64,000 bases of DNA from an uncultured Chloroflexia bacterium (lineage in GTDB: Bacteria; Chloroflexota; Limnocylindria; QHBO01). The translations under genes were made by a program, and so were the position numbers. The notes beneath the pieces are model-generated. The model did no database searches, had not been told where the DNA came from, and saw only the letters and a program-made list of their open reading frames with translations. How positions within the stretch are numbered: position 1 is the first letter of the stretch; each line of letters opens with the position of its first letter. Location of the stretch: positions 1,632,001-1,696,000 of the forward strand of contig CAWGTN010000002.1 in NCBI GenBank assembly GCA_963825525.1, read 5' to 3'. Shown piece by piece: positions 9,533-20,342 of the stretch.

Positions 9533-11506
9533 GTGATCAGCGATACCGCGATTCCACTGAGGTTCCAGACCGCCGAGGTCGGCGTGGACTGGCTTCAGTG
9601 CAACATCGAGTGCCAGGAAGGCTGCCCGGTCAACACGAACTGCCGGGGCTACCTGATGCTGGCCGCCGAGGGCCGGTTCGAGGAGGGCTACATCCTGGCC
9701 CGCGACCCGAACCCGGTTGCGGCGATCTGCGGCTACGTATGCTCCGCCCCGTGCGAGAAGGCATGCCGCCGAGCCGATATCGACAAGCCCCTCGCCATTC
9801 GCGCCATGAAGCGCTTCCTGGTGGATTGGCACTACGGCAACAACATGCCTGACAACGTCGTGGTCCAGGCACCGACGGGGCGCAATGTCGCCGTCATCGG
9901 TGCGGGACCGGCCGGGCTGGCCGCGGCCAAGGAGCTGGGCAGCTGGGGCCACGAGGTTCACGTGTACGACGCGCTCCCGTCTGGTGGGGGCACGACCCTC
10001 ATCGGCGTTCCCGCCTTCCGGCTGCCGCGCGACGTGATCGAGCTCGACGTCAACTGGGTGGCGAAGCATGGCGTGCAGTTCCACTACAACGTGGAGATCG
10101 GCCGTGACATCACCCTCGAGCAGCTGAAGGAGCGCCACGACGCCGTCGTTGTCGCCACCGGCTGCATGTTCCCGGTGGCGATGAACACGCCGGGCGAGGA
10201 GCTGGACGGCGTCATCTACGGGGTCGACTTCCTGAAGCGTGCCAACCTCGGCCAGCCGCAGTGGGTCGGGGAGCACGTCGTCATCATCGGCGGCGGATAC
10301 ACCGCCATGGACTCGTCGCGGACGGCCCTGCGGCTGGGTGCCAAGACGAGCACCATCGTCTATCGGCGTGGCCCGGACGAGATGGTGGTCGACGAGGAGG
10401 AGCAGCACGAGACCCGTTTCGAGGGCGTGCAGTTCGAGTACTTCAGCTCACCGGTCGAAGTCTTGGCCGGTCCGGACGGCAAGGTCAACGGCATGAAGTT
10501 CGTCCGCACCCGGCTCGGGCCGCCGGATGCCACCGGTCGTCGCAGCGCCGAGCCGATCCCGGGCAGCGAGTTCACGATCGCGTGCGACATGGTCATCCCC
10601 TGCACCAGCCAGGCATCGGACAACAACGTGCTCGGCGAGTTCGGCGCCAAGCTCAACCGGCACGTGGGCGTGACCGATACGCGCACCGTGGTCGACGGCG
10701 GCTCGCTTTCATCCTGGCGCACCGCCCCGCTCAACGGCACCACGCCGAAGGATGCGAACGGCAACTCGCTCAACGACCTGGAATTCGAGTTCAACCGCGG
10801 CAACGTCGTGATCAACGCCGATACCTTCGGCACCAACGTCGACGGTGTCTTCGCGGTCGGCGACTTCGTCACCGGTCCGGCAACCATCATCGAGGCGGCT
10901 GGCCTCGGCCGACGAGCCGCGCGCTCCGTCGATCGCTGGCTGGCGGGCGTCCGTGGCGAGGAGCTCGAGGAGCTGCCGGTCATCAACCGCGCGGTGATCA
11001 CCCAGAGCCTCGAGCACGACATGCCGCGCTTCTACGAGGGCACGCCGCGCCAGGAGATCCCGATGGCACCGCCGGAGCTGCGCCGCGACTTCACGAGCCT
11101 GGTCGAGGTCGGCTACGACACCCGCAGTGCGATCGACGAGGGGACGCGTTGCCTGCAGTGCAACCACAACATCAACATCGACGGTCCGCGCTGTATCCTG
11201 TGCGGGCTCTGCGCCGATGTCTGCCCCGAGGGCGTGATCTACATGATCGACAAGGCGCAGGTCGGCGGCGACGATCCGGAGCAGGGCTTCTTCCAGTCGT
11301 GGCCGCGCGGCATCGCCATGATCATCGACGAGGAGCGCTGCATTCGATGCAACCTGTGCGTGGAGCGCTGCCCGACCAACTGCATCACCATGGACCGGCT
11401 CGAGCTCGAGCGGTTCACGCCTGACGGGAAGGTTCTGTTGGAGAGCTACAAGGACAACGTGCTCGGACAGGTCGGCCAGCAGGCCGGGATGCCGGTGGAC
11501 CGATGA
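9533..11506 (+). CDS. GltD/DsrL-like NADP(H)-dependent FAD/FeS oxidoreductase with C-terminal 2x[4Fe-4S] ferredoxin
   Basis: CQEGCP...[13 protein letters not shown]; GAGPAG; GGGYTAMD...YRR; RCLQC; [12 protein letters not shown] and [12 protein letters not shown]. Confidence 0.9.
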   Translation: MISDTAIPLRFQTAEVGVDWLQCNIECQEGCPVNTNCRGYLMLAAEGRFEEGYILARDPNPVAAICGYVCSAPCEKACRRADIDKPLAIRAMKRFLVDWHYGNNMPDNVVVQAPTGRNVAVIGAGPAGLAAAKELGSWGHEVHVYDALPSGGGTTLIGVPAFRLPRDVIELDVNWVAKHGVQFHYNVEIGRDITLEQLKERHDAVVVATGCMFPVAMNTPGEELDGVIYGVDFLKRANLGQPQWVGEHVVIIGGGYTAMDSSRTALRLGAKTSTIVYRRGPDEMVVDEEEQHETRFEGVQFEYFSSPVEVLAGPDGKVNGMKFVRTRLGPPDATGRRSAEPIPGSEFTIACDMVIPCTSQASDNNVLGEFGAKLNRHVGVTDTRTVVDGGSLSSWRTAPLNGTTPKDANGNSLNDLEFEFNRGNVVINADTFGTNVDGVFAVGDFVTGPATIIEAAGLGRRAARSVDRWLAGVRGEELEELPVINRAVITQSLEHDMPRFYEGTPRQEIPMAPPELRRDFTSLVEVGYDTRSAIDEGTRCLQCNHNINIDGPRCILCGLCADVCPEGVIYMIDKAQVGGDDPEQGFFQSWPRGIAMIIDEERCIRCNLCVERCPTNCITMDRLELERFTPDGKVLLESYKDNVLGQVGQQAGMPVDR

Positions 11507-12222
11507 ACGCCGTGATGCGCTTCATCAAGGAGTCCGCGCTGTGGCGCAGCCTCTTCCGTCAGCCGTATCCCAACACCAGCCGCACCCGCGCCCTGGCGGT
11601 GATGAACAACGTGTTCCTGCACCTCCACCCGGTGCGCGTGAAGCGCCATGCCGTCCGCTACACATACACGTTCTGCCTCGGCGGGATCAGCTTCTTCCTG
11701 TTCCTGGCGCTCACCGTGACCGGCCTGTACCTGATGTTCTTCTACGTGCCGTCGGTCAGCCGTGCCTACCAGGACATCCAGGCCATCGAGGCGTCGGTCG
11801 CGTTCGGCACCCTGGTTCGCAACATGCACCGCTGGGCGGCGCACCTCATGGTGCTCACCGTCTTCCTGCACATGATCCGCGTCTTCTACCACGGTGCCTA
11901 CAAGCCGCCGCGCGAGTTCAACTGGGTGGTCGGCGTGATCCTGCTCTTCCTGACCCTGATGCTCAGCTTCACCGGCTACCTGCTGCCGTGGGACCAGATC
12001 GCCTTCTGGGCCATCACCGTCGGCACCCAGATGGCGCTCTACGCGCCGCTCCTGGGACAGGAGTCGAGCTTCTTCCTGCTCGGCGGCATCCAGGTCGGCC
12101 AGGAGACGCTGCTCCGCTTCTACGTCCTTCACGTGATCGCATTCCCGCTGATCGCCGCCATCTTCATGATCGTCCACTTCTGGAGGATCCGGAAGGACGG
12201 CGGCATCTCGGGTCCGGTGTAG
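11503..12222 (+). CDS. petB: Cytochrome b6-type subunit (split cytochrome b, N-terminal half)
   Basis: FCLGG (heme ci Cys), RNMHRWAAH...[17 protein letters not shown], helix D His pair with 14 intervening residues. Confidence 0.93.
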   Translation: MNAVMRFIKESALWRSLFRQPYPNTSRTRALAVMNNVFLHLHPVRVKRHAVRYTYTFCLGGISFFLFLALTVTGLYLMFFYVPSVSRAYQDIQAIEASVAFGTLVRNMHRWAAHLMVLTVFLHMIRVFYHGAYKPPREFNWVVGVILLFLTLMLSFTGYLLPWDQIAFWAITVGTQMALYAPLLGQESSFFLLGGIQVGQETLLRFYVLHVIAFPLIAAIFMIVHFWRIRKDGGISGPV

Positions 12223-12238
12223 GGTTAGGGATGAACCG

Positions 12239-12856
12239 ATGACGATCGAGAAACGGCCGAACGCGACGGCCGACAAGAACGCCCCGACGCAGGCGCCGGA
12301 GCGGGCGCCCATCGTCTCGCCGGGCAGCGGTCCGAAGCTGCCGGGGCCGCCCGGCGTGCCCGGGACGGAGCGATTCCGCCTGCTCGCCTACGTCAAGCAG
12401 GAGTCGATGGTCCGCGTCGACAAGCGTCCGGACGAGACGCTGCTGACCTGGCCGCACCTGCTGCGCGCCGAGTTCCTGATGTCGATGCTCATCAGCGGAC
12501 TGCTGGTGGTGACGTCGCTCTGGATCCAGGCGCCGCTCGAGGAGATGGCGAACCCGGCGGTCACGCCGCACGTCGCCAAGGCGCCGTGGTACTTCCTGGG
12601 CCTGCAGGAGATCCTGAGCTACTTCAACGCCACCGTCGCCGGCGTGATCGTGCCGACCTTCTATCTGCTGGGGTTGGCAGCCATCCCGTTCATCGACCGC
12701 ACACCGTTCAAGGCGGCCCGGGACCGCAAGCTGATGTGGGTCTTCTTCCTGTGCCTCATGCTCGGCGGGCTGCTCGTCACGTTCATCGGCTCATTCTTCC
12801 GTGGCCCGGGATGGAACTGGGTCTGGCCGTGGGAGGGGCTCTTCTTCAACCTATGA
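12239..12856 (+). CDS. petD: Cytochrome b6 complex subunit IV (cytochrome b C-terminal half)
   Basis: WPHLL, APLEEMANPAVTP, KAPWYFLGLQE (PEWY-equivalent), PFIDR. Confidence 0.88.
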   Translation: MTIEKRPNATADKNAPTQAPERAPIVSPGSGPKLPGPPGVPGTERFRLLAYVKQESMVRVDKRPDETLLTWPHLLRAEFLMSMLISGLLVVTSLWIQAPLEEMANPAVTPHVAKAPWYFLGLQEILSYFNATVAGVIVPTFYLLGLAAIPFIDRTPFKAARDRKLMWVFFLCLMLGGLLVTFIGSFFRGPGWNWVWPWEGLFFNL

Positions 12857-13509
12857 CACAGCACGCTTCGTACGGCGAGGTCCACGGGCCTCGCGCGGGT
12901 GAGATCAGCCGTCGCGGATTCATGCGCCGCATGCTCGGCGTGGGCGTCGGGATCCTGTCCCTCGAGTTCCTGGGCGGGACCCTCGCCTTCCTGTGGCCGA
13001 ATCTGACCGAGGGCCTGGGCGCCAAGATCACGATCGGCGGCGTGGCAGAGATCAACAATGCCCAGCCCGAGTGGAAGAACGGCCTGCCGTACATCTACGG
13101 GCCGGCCAACCTCTTCATCGTGAACGTTCCGGCCGCCAAGGCACGGGTTGAGGGTGATGGCTCCGTCGCCTCCCCCGTCGAGGACCCCGGCACGGATCTC
13201 TCCGAGGACCTTCCCACAGCCGATCGCTCGGTCCTGGCCCTGTGGCGCAAGTGCCCGCACCTGGGTTGCCAGGTGCCGCAGCTGTGCGACCAGAGCGAGT
13301 GGTTCGAATGCCTGTGCCATGGATCGAAGTACACGGTGCTCGGCGAGAAGCGCGACGGACCCGCTCCGCGCGGGATGGATCGCTTCCCCGTGTCGGCTGC
13401 GGACGGCGCGTACGTGGTGGACACCAGCCAGGTCATCAGCGGGCCTCCGCCTGGAACGGTGACCTTCGATCAGCGCGGACCGACCGACATGCCGCACTGC
13501 ACGGGCTGA
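12853..13509 (+). CDS. petC: Rieske [2Fe-2S] subunit with Tat anchor
   Basis: ATG overlaps the subunit IV stop; SRRGFM Tat motif; CPHLGC and CLCHGSKY; GPAPRGM. Confidence 0.92.
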   Translation: MTQHASYGEVHGPRAGEISRRGFMRRMLGVGVGILSLEFLGGTLAFLWPNLTEGLGAKITIGGVAEINNAQPEWKNGLPYIYGPANLFIVNVPAAKARVEGDGSVASPVEDPGTDLSEDLPTADRSVLALWRKCPHLGCQVPQLCDQSEWFECLCHGSKYTVLGEKRDGPAPRGMDRFPVSAADGAYVVDTSQVISGPPPGTVTFDQRGPTDMPHCTG

Positions 13510-13512
13510 CCG

Positions 13513-14319
13513 ATGCTGCTGAAGACGCTCGGCGTCATCCTGGTGACGGCCCTCTCCGCATTCACCCTCCTCTACTGGGTGACCGACAACCCCCGGCGCG
13601 ACGAGATCGCGACGGCTCATGACGACGAGCTCCTCGAATACGGCGAGATCATCTTCAGTGCCGATCCGGCCGAGCCGGCCGCTGCCGGATGCGCCAACTG
13701 CCACGGACCCGAGGGCTTCGGCGGGGAGGAGGGGGCGCCCGCAATCGGACCGAGCCTGCACACGCGGAGTCTCGCCGACAAGCTGAAGGTGAACGGCAAC
13801 TACGTCCACCTGGCGGTGAGCTACGGCGGCGTCGTAGTCTCCGGCAACGTCAACTCGGCGATGCCCGCGTGGAGCGCGGAGGTCGGCGGCCCGCTGAATG
13901 TGCAGCAGATCGACGCCGTCTCGGCGCTCGTCCAGTCATGGGCCGCCGAAGCCGACGAGCAGCCGATCGAGGACGTCCCGAACACGGAGGAGGCCGGCGC
14001 CGAGGTCTACACCGCCGCCGGCTGCGTCGCGTGCCACGGGGCCGATCTGGCGGGCGGGACGGCCGGGCCGAACATCCAGGGCATAGGCTCGGCGGTCATC
14101 ACCGAGTTCGAGAACTTCCCGACACCCTCGGGTGCCGACCAGATGGTTGCGGATTACGACGAGGACCCGAGGATGTTCCTCGAGAAGTGGATCAGGGACT
14201 CGTCGGCGAACTACAACGACGGCCAGGCGACCGGCATGCCTCCGCATTCCGAGGGCGCCGTCAGCGAGAGCGCGCTGCAGGCGCTCATCACCTTCCTCCT
14301 GGCCCAGACAGGTGGGTAG
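13513..14319 (+). CDS. Membrane-anchored diheme cytochrome c
   Basis: N-terminal TM; CANCH and CVACH, each followed by an MP axial Met. Confidence 0.9.
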   Translation: MLLKTLGVILVTALSAFTLLYWVTDNPRRDEIATAHDDELLEYGEIIFSADPAEPAAAGCANCHGPEGFGGEEGAPAIGPSLHTRSLADKLKVNGNYVHLAVSYGGVVVSGNVNSAMPAWSAEVGGPLNVQQIDAVSALVQSWAAEADEQPIEDVPNTEEAGAEVYTAAGCVACHGADLAGGTAGPNIQGIGSAVITEFENFPTPSGADQMVADYDEDPRMFLEKWIRDSSANYNDGQATGMPPHSEGAVSESALQALITFLLAQTGG

Positions 14320-14328
14320 GAGGATCGC

Positions 14329-14910
14329 ATGACCACGACGACCGGCTACCGACCGCGGGGCGGCGTGAATCGCCTGCTTGGCTGGGCCGACGACTTCACC
14401 AGCTGGTTCCTCCATGGCCACGAGACATGGCTCGTGGCGGTGCTCAAGGGCGTTCCGCTCTTCCTGTTCGTCTACTTCCTGCTCACCTACGTGCCGAACT
14501 ACGTCTACTACCTGACGACCGTCGAGCTTCCGTTCCTGCGCTTCAGCGACGACGTGGGCTTCCTCATCGCAAATGGCGTGGCGGGCGGCAACTTCGCCCT
14601 GCTGATCCTGCTGGCGGTGGGCGTCCAGGCCTCTCGCGGCAGGCGCGGCTTCGGGTGGGCGTTCATTCGAATCTTCGTGTTCCTCAACTACCTGATGACC
14701 GTGCTCCTGCTCGTGCCGCTGCTGGCGTTCAACCTGGCCGGCGGCTCGTTCTGGCCGGTCACCATCACGCTCCAGTCGGTCGCCTTCGGCATGATGGTGG
14801 CGGGGCTCGGGGCGGCCTCGTGCGTCTACCTCCTCTTCGAGTACCGCCGCATCAACCGACGCGACGCCGAGCTGGCGACCCGGCACAGCGCGGAGCTCGC
14901 GCGGCGCTGA
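14329..14910 (+). CDS. Hypothetical 4-TM membrane protein in the Rieske/cytb operon
   Basis: SD AGGAGG; hydrophobic segments; typical codon usage. Confidence 0.8.
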   Translation: MTTTTGYRPRGGVNRLLGWADDFTSWFLHGHETWLVAVLKGVPLFLFVYFLLTYVPNYVYYLTTVELPFLRFSDDVGFLIANGVAGGNFALLILLAVGVQASRGRRGFGWAFIRIFVFLNYLMTVLLLVPLLAFNLAGGSFWPVTITLQSVAFGMMVAGLGAASCVYLLFEYRRINRRDAELATRHSAELARR

Positions 14911-15245
14911 CCCGAGGGTCGGTCTTCCACGTCGCCTGGTCGGTGGTCGTCATCGGCATGGCGGCGATCCCGATCGGCATCGAGCTGGCGAGTCCGTGTC
15001 CGCCGGGTGGCCCCCTGGCCTTCGGCGATTGCGACGAGGTGCGGCCCTTCGCCGTCGGCGTCATCGGCCTGGCGGCCGTCCTGTACGTGGCCGGGCTGTC
15101 GGCAGTCCGATGGTGGACTGGCGGGCTCCGGCGACGGAGGTTGGCGGACGCGACGGCAGCCAGGGATTGGTATCTCCTTGCCGGAGGGATGGGCCTGATC
15201 GTGGCGCCCCTCCTCGCCTTCACCCTGGTATCGGCCCTTCGCTAG
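14907..15245 (+). CDS. Hypothetical 3-TM membrane protein (start uncertain: CTG 14907 or ATG 14958)
   Basis: Hydrophobic C-terminal part of ORF 13689..15245; fills the gap before the aldolase; Cys pair in a loop. Confidence 0.5.
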   Translation: MTRGSVFHVAWSVVVIGMAAIPIGIELASPCPPGGPLAFGDCDEVRPFAVGVIGLAAVLYVAGLSAVRWWTGGLRRRRLADATAARDWYLLAGGMGLIVAPLLAFTLVSALR

Positions 15246-15255
15246 GATGGTCGGC

Positions 15256-16710
15256 ATGCAGATCTCAACAGCCGATGACCTCCGGGCGCGCCTCGACGGC
15301 GTTGCCACCATCACCCCCACCGGGCTGGAGGTCAGCGACGAACGACGACTTCGGGCAGAGCTGATCGACGAGCTGGTGTTCGAGGCCGTCTTCAACCCCG
15401 ATGCGGCCATGCGCGACGCCGTGCGCTGGGTCATCTGGAGCGCGTCTCAGGCGCTCGGATGCGGGTCCGCCTCGATCCACGAGCTGTATCGAGCGCGGGG
15501 TCGCGGCGAGATCGAGCCGACCGCCTTCACCGTCCCGGCCATCAACGTCCGTGCGGTGACCTACCTGACCGCGCGCCAGGCGTTCGCGGCCGCATCGGAG
15601 CGTGATGCGGCCACCGTCATCTTCGAGATTGCGAAGAGCGAGATGGCGTACACCGAGCAGCGCCCGGCCGAGTACACGGCGGTCATCCTGGCCGCGGCGA
15701 TCCGGGAGGGCTGGCGCACGCCGGTCTTCCTGCAGGGCGACCACTTCCAGTTCAACGCCACCAAGTGGGCCGCCGATCCCGAGGCCGAGCTCGACGGCCT
15801 GCGCGACCTGGTGCGTGAGGCCGTGGGCGCCGGGTTCCTGAACATCGACATCGACAGCTCGACCCTGGTGGATCTGTCGCTCCCGACCGTCCCCGAGCAG
15901 CAGCGTGTGAACGCGGAGAACACCGCAGAGCTGACCCGGCTGATTCGGAGCCTCGAGCCCGATGGCGTGACCATCAGCATCGGCGGCGAGATCGGTGAGG
16001 TCGGCAAATCGAACTCGACCGAAGAGGAGCTGCGCGCCTATCTCGACGGTTATCTCCGCGAGCTCGGTGACGGCGCGATCGAGCCGCTCAGCAAGGTCAG
16101 CATCCAGACGGGCACCAGTCACGGGGGTGTGCCGATGGCCGACGGGACGATCGCGGCGGTGAGCATTGACTTCGACACGCTCGGACGGCTGTCGACCGTG
16201 GCCCGTGACGAGTACGGGATGGCCGGCTGTGTCCAGCACGGCGCCTCGACACTGCCCGACGAGGCGTTCAACCACTTCCCCGAGCATGGCACCGCCGAGA
16301 TCCATCTCGCGACGGGCTTCCAGAATATCCTGTACGAGGGCGGCGGCCTTCCGCGGGAGGTCAAGGACGAGATGATGGCCTGGTGCATCGAGCATTGCGC
16401 CGCGGAGCGCAAGGACGGCGAGACTGACGAGCAGTTCCTGTACAAGACCCGCAAGAAGGCAATCGGTCCGTTCAAGCATGAGCTCTGGACCCTGCCGGAC
16501 GATGCGTCAGCCACGATCGCCGCGAATCTGCGCGCCAAGTTCGGGCTGCTCTTCGATGAGCTCGGGATTGCCGGCACCCGCGCGGTGGTGGAACGCCACA
16601 TCACCCCGGTTGCCATGGCTCTGCCGCTGCCCTCCGCGCTCGGGGGCGGGGATGCCGAAGTCATCACGGCCGGCGCCGCGGTCTTCGAGGACGACGGCTC
16701 CGGCGAGTAG
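15256..16710 (+). CDS. Class II fructose-bisphosphate aldolase family (long form)
   Basis: VPAIN, QGDH, GGEIGEVG, GTSHGG, VQHGAST; TAGGAT -10 box 7 nt before ATG 15256. Confidence 0.88.
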   Translation: MQISTADDLRARLDGVATITPTGLEVSDERRLRAELIDELVFEAVFNPDAAMRDAVRWVIWSASQALGCGSASIHELYRARGRGEIEPTAFTVPAINVRAVTYLTARQAFAAASERDAATVIFEIAKSEMAYTEQRPAEYTAVILAAAIREGWRTPVFLQGDHFQFNATKWAADPEAELDGLRDLVREAVGAGFLNIDIDSSTLVDLSLPTVPEQQRVNAENTAELTRLIRSLEPDGVTISIGGEIGEVGKSNSTEEELRAYLDGYLRELGDGAIEPLSKVSIQTGTSHGGVPMADGTIAAVSIDFDTLGRLSTVARDEYGMAGCVQHGASTLPDEAFNHFPEHGTAEIHLATGFQNILYEGGGLPREVKDEMMAWCIEHCAAERKDGETDEQFLYKTRKKAIGPFKHELWTLPDDASATIAANLRAKFGLLFDELGIAGTRAVVERHITPVAMALPLPSALGGGDAEVITAGAAVFEDDGSGE

Positions 16711-16716
16711 GCGAAC

Positions 16717-17451
16717 CTAGCGGACGCCCATCAGCTTCTGGAGCATCGGCTGGTCGGCGAGGCCGATGAGCCGCCGCGCGTGCTTGGGCGGAATCCGGGC
16801 GAGGGTCGCCAGGATGCGCTCGAGGTCGTCGGTCCCGAGCTCGGCGACCAATGCCCACAGTCGATCCACGATTTCGGGCTCGAGGCGCTCGATGGTCGTG
16901 AACAGGCTCTCGATCGAGCGAGCATCGCCGCGCACGAAGAGCTCCACGCCGCGATCGAAGCGCCGCACGAAGGCAAGGAGTGAGGTGAGCCGCTCTCCCA
17001 GCGCGACCATCTCTCCGTCCGTCGCGTCGCGCCCGGCCTCGCGCGCCAGCGCCTCACAGCGTTCGATGACCGGCAGGACCGGGTCGGTCTCCCGCTGCTT
17101 GCGGGCCGCGGCGACGCGCCGAAACCACTCCCAATGGTCGCCCACGACGGTCCAGGCGGTGGCCGCCGGCCCACGCTGGCCCGAGCGTCGAGGAGTCTCG
17201 GCGCGCTCGATGAGGCCCCACTCCTCGCATTGCGCCAGCGCCAGGCTCGTTGCGCGATGGCTCATGCCGAGCGCCCGTCGGACTTCCGGTTCGGACTGCG
17301 CACCATCCGAGACCAACAGGTAGCCCTGCACCGCGGCAGTCGAGGGGGCGACACCCCATGCGGCGCCGATGGCTCCCCAGGCGATCGCGAATGATCGGCG
17401 AAGCTCCTCCGCCGCCGAGATGGTCGGTGGCGTGATAAACGTGCTACTCAC
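16717..17451 (-). CDS. GbsR/MarR-type transcriptional regulator
   Basis: WGAIGAAWGV, wHTH ending in WGLIER, RKQRETDP; TAACAT 6 nt upstream of GTG. Confidence 0.8.
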   Translation of the reverse strand: MSSTFITPPTISAAEELRRSFAIAWGAIGAAWGVAPSTAAVQGYLLVSDGAQSEPEVRRALGMSHRATSLALAQCEEWGLIERAETPRRSGQRGPAATAWTVVGDHWEWFRRVAAARKQRETDPVLPVIERCEALAREAGRDATDGEMVALGERLTSLLAFVRRFDRGVELFVRGDARSIESLFTTIERLEPEIVDRLWALVAELGTDDLERILATLARIPPKHARRLIGLADQPMLQKLMGVR

Positions 17452-17481
17452 AAAAGCATGTTACAGCTCGGCCGGGCATGA

Positions 17482-17511
17482 CGAAGCCCCGGCGGTGGGG
17501 CCGGGGCTTCG
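17482..17511. terminator. Intrinsic terminator-like hairpin after the iscA-like gene
   Basis: Perfect 12-bp stem CGAAGCCCCGGC-N6-GCCGGGGCTTCG. Confidence 0.75.
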
Positions 17512-17528
17512 GTCGCGGATCGTGCGGT

Positions 17529-17954
17529 CTAGTGAGCGCAGCCACCAGCCTTGGCGGGGGATCCATCGGTATTGAACGACGACCCGCAGGCGCAGCTGCT
17601 GACGGCGTTCGGGTTGTTGATCGCGAAGCCGGAGCCCATGAGCGAATCGACATAGTCGATCTCGGCGCCGGTCACGTGCTGCTGGCTGAACTGGTCGATG
17701 ACGACCGGCACGCCGCTGTGGTCCTCGACCTTGTCGCCCTCGTTGATCTTCTCGTCAAACGCCAAGCCGTAGGAGAAGCCTGAGCATCCGCCGCTCTTCA
17801 CGAACAGGCGGAGTCGCGCATCGGCTTTGCCTTCGCGCTGTCGAAGCTCGAGTACCTTGCGGCCGGCAGCCTCGGTGACCGACACGAGCAGCTCACCACT
17901 CGGTGCGCCGCCGGTCATCGAGATCGGCTCGCGTGGAGTCTCGGAAATCGTCAT
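17529..17954 (-). CDS. A-type Fe-S carrier (IscA/ErpA/HesB)
   Basis: GGCSGFSYG, NPNAVSSCACGSSF; SD AGGAG upstream of ATG 17954. Confidence 0.93.
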   Translation of the reverse strand: MTISETPREPISMTGGAPSGELLVSVTEAAGRKVLELRQREGKADARLRLFVKSGGCSGFSYGLAFDEKINEGDKVEDHSGVPVVIDQFSQQHVTGAEIDYVDSLMGSGFAINNPNAVSSCACGSSFNTDGSPAKAGGCAH

Positions 17955-18150
17955 TTCGTATCGGTCTCCTGATGGGCGCCCTGAGCGCCGTGGGATCGGA
18001 TTCGCTCTGGAAAGTATACCAAGCACGCAGCCCTGCCCTGCAAGAGGACGATCGGGCCGTTCGGGAGCGGTCGTCCCGCTCGACGGATCGGTACACTATG
18101 CGGGCCCCCGAGCCCATTGGCCAGCGCCCCGCAATGAGGACCGACCAGCC

Positions 18151-19350
18151 GTGAGACTTGCCAGCCGCATGGAGCGAATCGGGACCGAGACCGCCTTCGA
18201 GGCGGCGGCTCGCGCCCGGGCTCTCGAAGCGAGCGGCCGTGACGTCATCCATCTCGAGATCGGCGAACCCGACTTCGACACGCCCCGGCACGTCTCCGAG
18301 GCTGCGGCACGCGCGCTGCTCGAGGACGGCGAGACCCACTACACCGCGGCGACCGGCATCGCGCCCCTCCGCCAGGCAATCGTCGCCGACGTGAAACGCT
18401 GGAAGGGGATCGACACCGGACCGGACCAGGTGATCGTCACGCCGGGCGCCAAGCCGATCATGTTCTACGCCATGCTCGCCCTGGTCGATGACGGTGACGA
18501 GGTCATCTACCCGAATCCCGGCTTCCCCATCTACGAATCGATGGCGCGCTACGTCGGGGGCACCCCCGTGGCGGCACCGCTCCGCGAGTCGAACGACTTC
18601 CGCATGGATGTTGACGAGGTGGCGTCGCTCATCACGCCGCGGACGCGAATGCTCGTCTTCAACTCACCGCACAACCCGACCGGATCGATCCTCACCGACG
18701 CGGACATCCGGCGCCTGGCTGAGCTGGCCGTCGAGCATGACCTCGTTGTCCTGGCCGACGAGATCTACGGCCGGCTCCAGTACGAGGGCAGCCTGCTGTC
18801 CATCGCGACCCTGCCCGGCATGGCCGAGCGCACGATCACCCTGGACGGGTTCAGCAAGACGTTCGCGATGACCGGCTGGCGGCTGGGGTACGGCATCCTC
18901 CCCGAGTGGCTCGTGCCATCGTTCAGCCGCCTCGTCATCAACAGCGTGTCGTGCACCAACGCCTTCGCCCAGGCAGGCGCCGTCGAGGCGCTCACCGGTC
19001 CGCAGGACGACGCCGATGCGATGCGCGAGGAGTTCATCGCCCGCCGCCAGATCATGGTCGACGGCCTGAACGCCATCCCCGGCGTGTCATGCGTCATGCC
19101 TCACGGTGCGTTCTACACGTTCCCCAACGTTTCGTCCTTCGGGAGGACGAGCTCCGAGATCGCCGATCACCTGCTCTACGACGCCGGCGTCTGCGGCCTG
19201 GCGGGCACGGCCTTCGGCAAGCACGGCGAGGGTCATCTGCGTTTCAGCTACGCGAACTCGCGCGAGAACCTCGTCGCCGCCCTCGAACGGGTGTCCGAGT
19301 CGCTGGCCAAGCTCGAACGGACCGGTGAGCTGGTGAGCGCCGCCTCGTGA
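18151..19350 (+). CDS. Class I/II PLP-dependent aminotransferase (aspartate aminotransferase-like)
   Basis: [32 protein letters not shown]; SD GAGGA before GTG. Confidence 0.92.
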   Translation: MRLASRMERIGTETAFEAAARARALEASGRDVIHLEIGEPDFDTPRHVSEAAARALLEDGETHYTAATGIAPLRQAIVADVKRWKGIDTGPDQVIVTPGAKPIMFYAMLALVDDGDEVIYPNPGFPIYESMARYVGGTPVAAPLRESNDFRMDVDEVASLITPRTRMLVFNSPHNPTGSILTDADIRRLAELAVEHDLVVLADEIYGRLQYEGSLLSIATLPGMAERTITLDGFSKTFAMTGWRLGYGILPEWLVPSFSRLVINSVSCTNAFAQAGAVEALTGPQDDADAMREEFIARRQIMVDGLNAIPGVSCVMPHGAFYTFPNVSSFGRTSSEIADHLLYDAGVCGLAGTAFGKHGEGHLRFSYANSRENLVAALERVSESLAKLERTGELVSAAS

Positions 19351-20342
19351 GCGATCGTCCCCGCGTCCTCGTCACCCGCCTCATCCCCGAAGCCGGCCTC
19401 GATCCGGTCCGCGAGGCGTGCGAGGTCGATCTCTGGGAGGACGAGCTTCCTCCGCCGCGTGACGAGCTTCTTCGTCGGGTGGCCGGCGTGGACGGCCTCC
19501 TCTCGCTCCTGACCGACCGCGTGGATGACGAGCTTCTCGACGCGGCGGGTCCGCAGCTTCGCGTCGTGAGCAACTTCGCCGTTGGATTCGACAACATCGA
19601 TGTACCGGCGCTGACCCGCCGGGGGATTCCCGCCGGCAACACTCCCGGCGTCCTGACCGAGACCACCGCCGACCTCGCCTTCACCCTGCTCATGGCGGCG
19701 GCGCGGCGCATTCCCGAGTCGGTCGACTACGTCCGGGACGGCCACTGGAAGACCTGGGGGCCCATGCTCCTCATGGGCGTGGACATCCACGGCGCCACGC
19801 TCGGCATCGTTGGGTTCGGACGCATCGGCCGCGAGATGGCTCGACGTGGACGTGGATTCGGCATGCGCATCCTGTACCACGATGTCCACCCCGCCACCCC
19901 GGAGGAAGAGGCGGAACTCGGCGCCACGCGCGTCGACATGGACCGCCTGCTCGCCGAGTCTGACTTCATCAGCCTTCACGTGAACCTGACGGACGAGACG
20001 CATCACCTGATCGACGCCGATGCGCTGCGCGCCATGAAACGGACCGCGGTGCTCGTCAACACGTCTCGGGGCCCGGTCGTGGATCCGGCGGCGCTCGAGT
20101 CCGCCCTGCGCGATGGCGAGGTCTTCGCTGCCGGCCTGGACGTGACGGAGCCGGAGCCACTCCCCGCCGATCACCCGCTGGTGGCCCTGCCGAACTGCGT
20201 GGTCGTGCCGCACATCGCGTCGGCATCGCGAGTGACGCGGGACCGCATGGCACAGATGGCGGCGGCCAACCTGCTGGCCGGCGTTCGTGGCGATCGGCTG
20301 CCGACGCCGGTCAACCCCGAGGTGTACGACGCGCGTGCCTGA
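19347..20342 (+). CDS. D-glycerate dehydrogenase / glyoxylate reductase
   Basis: [39 protein letters not shown]. Confidence 0.92.
   Translation: MSDRPRVLVTRLIPEAGLDPVREACEVDLWEDELPPPRDELLRRVAGVDGLLSLLTDRVDDELLDAAGPQLRVVSNFAVGFDNIDVPALTRRGIPAGNTPGVLTETTADLAFTLLMAAARRIPESVDYVRDGHWKTWGPMLLMGVDIHGATLGIVGFGRIGREMARRGRGFGMRILYHDVHPATPEEEAELGATRVDMDRLLAESDFISLHVNLTDETHHLIDADALRAMKRTAVLVNTSRGPVVDPAALESALRDGEVFAAGLDVTEPEPLPADHPLVALPNCVVVPHIASASRVTRDRMAQMAAANLLAGVRGDRLPTPVNPEVYDARA

Noticed and set aside
9533-11506. Glutamate synthase small subunit (gltD)
   Set aside because: No gltB; has an extra ferredoxin domain and is coupled to petB.
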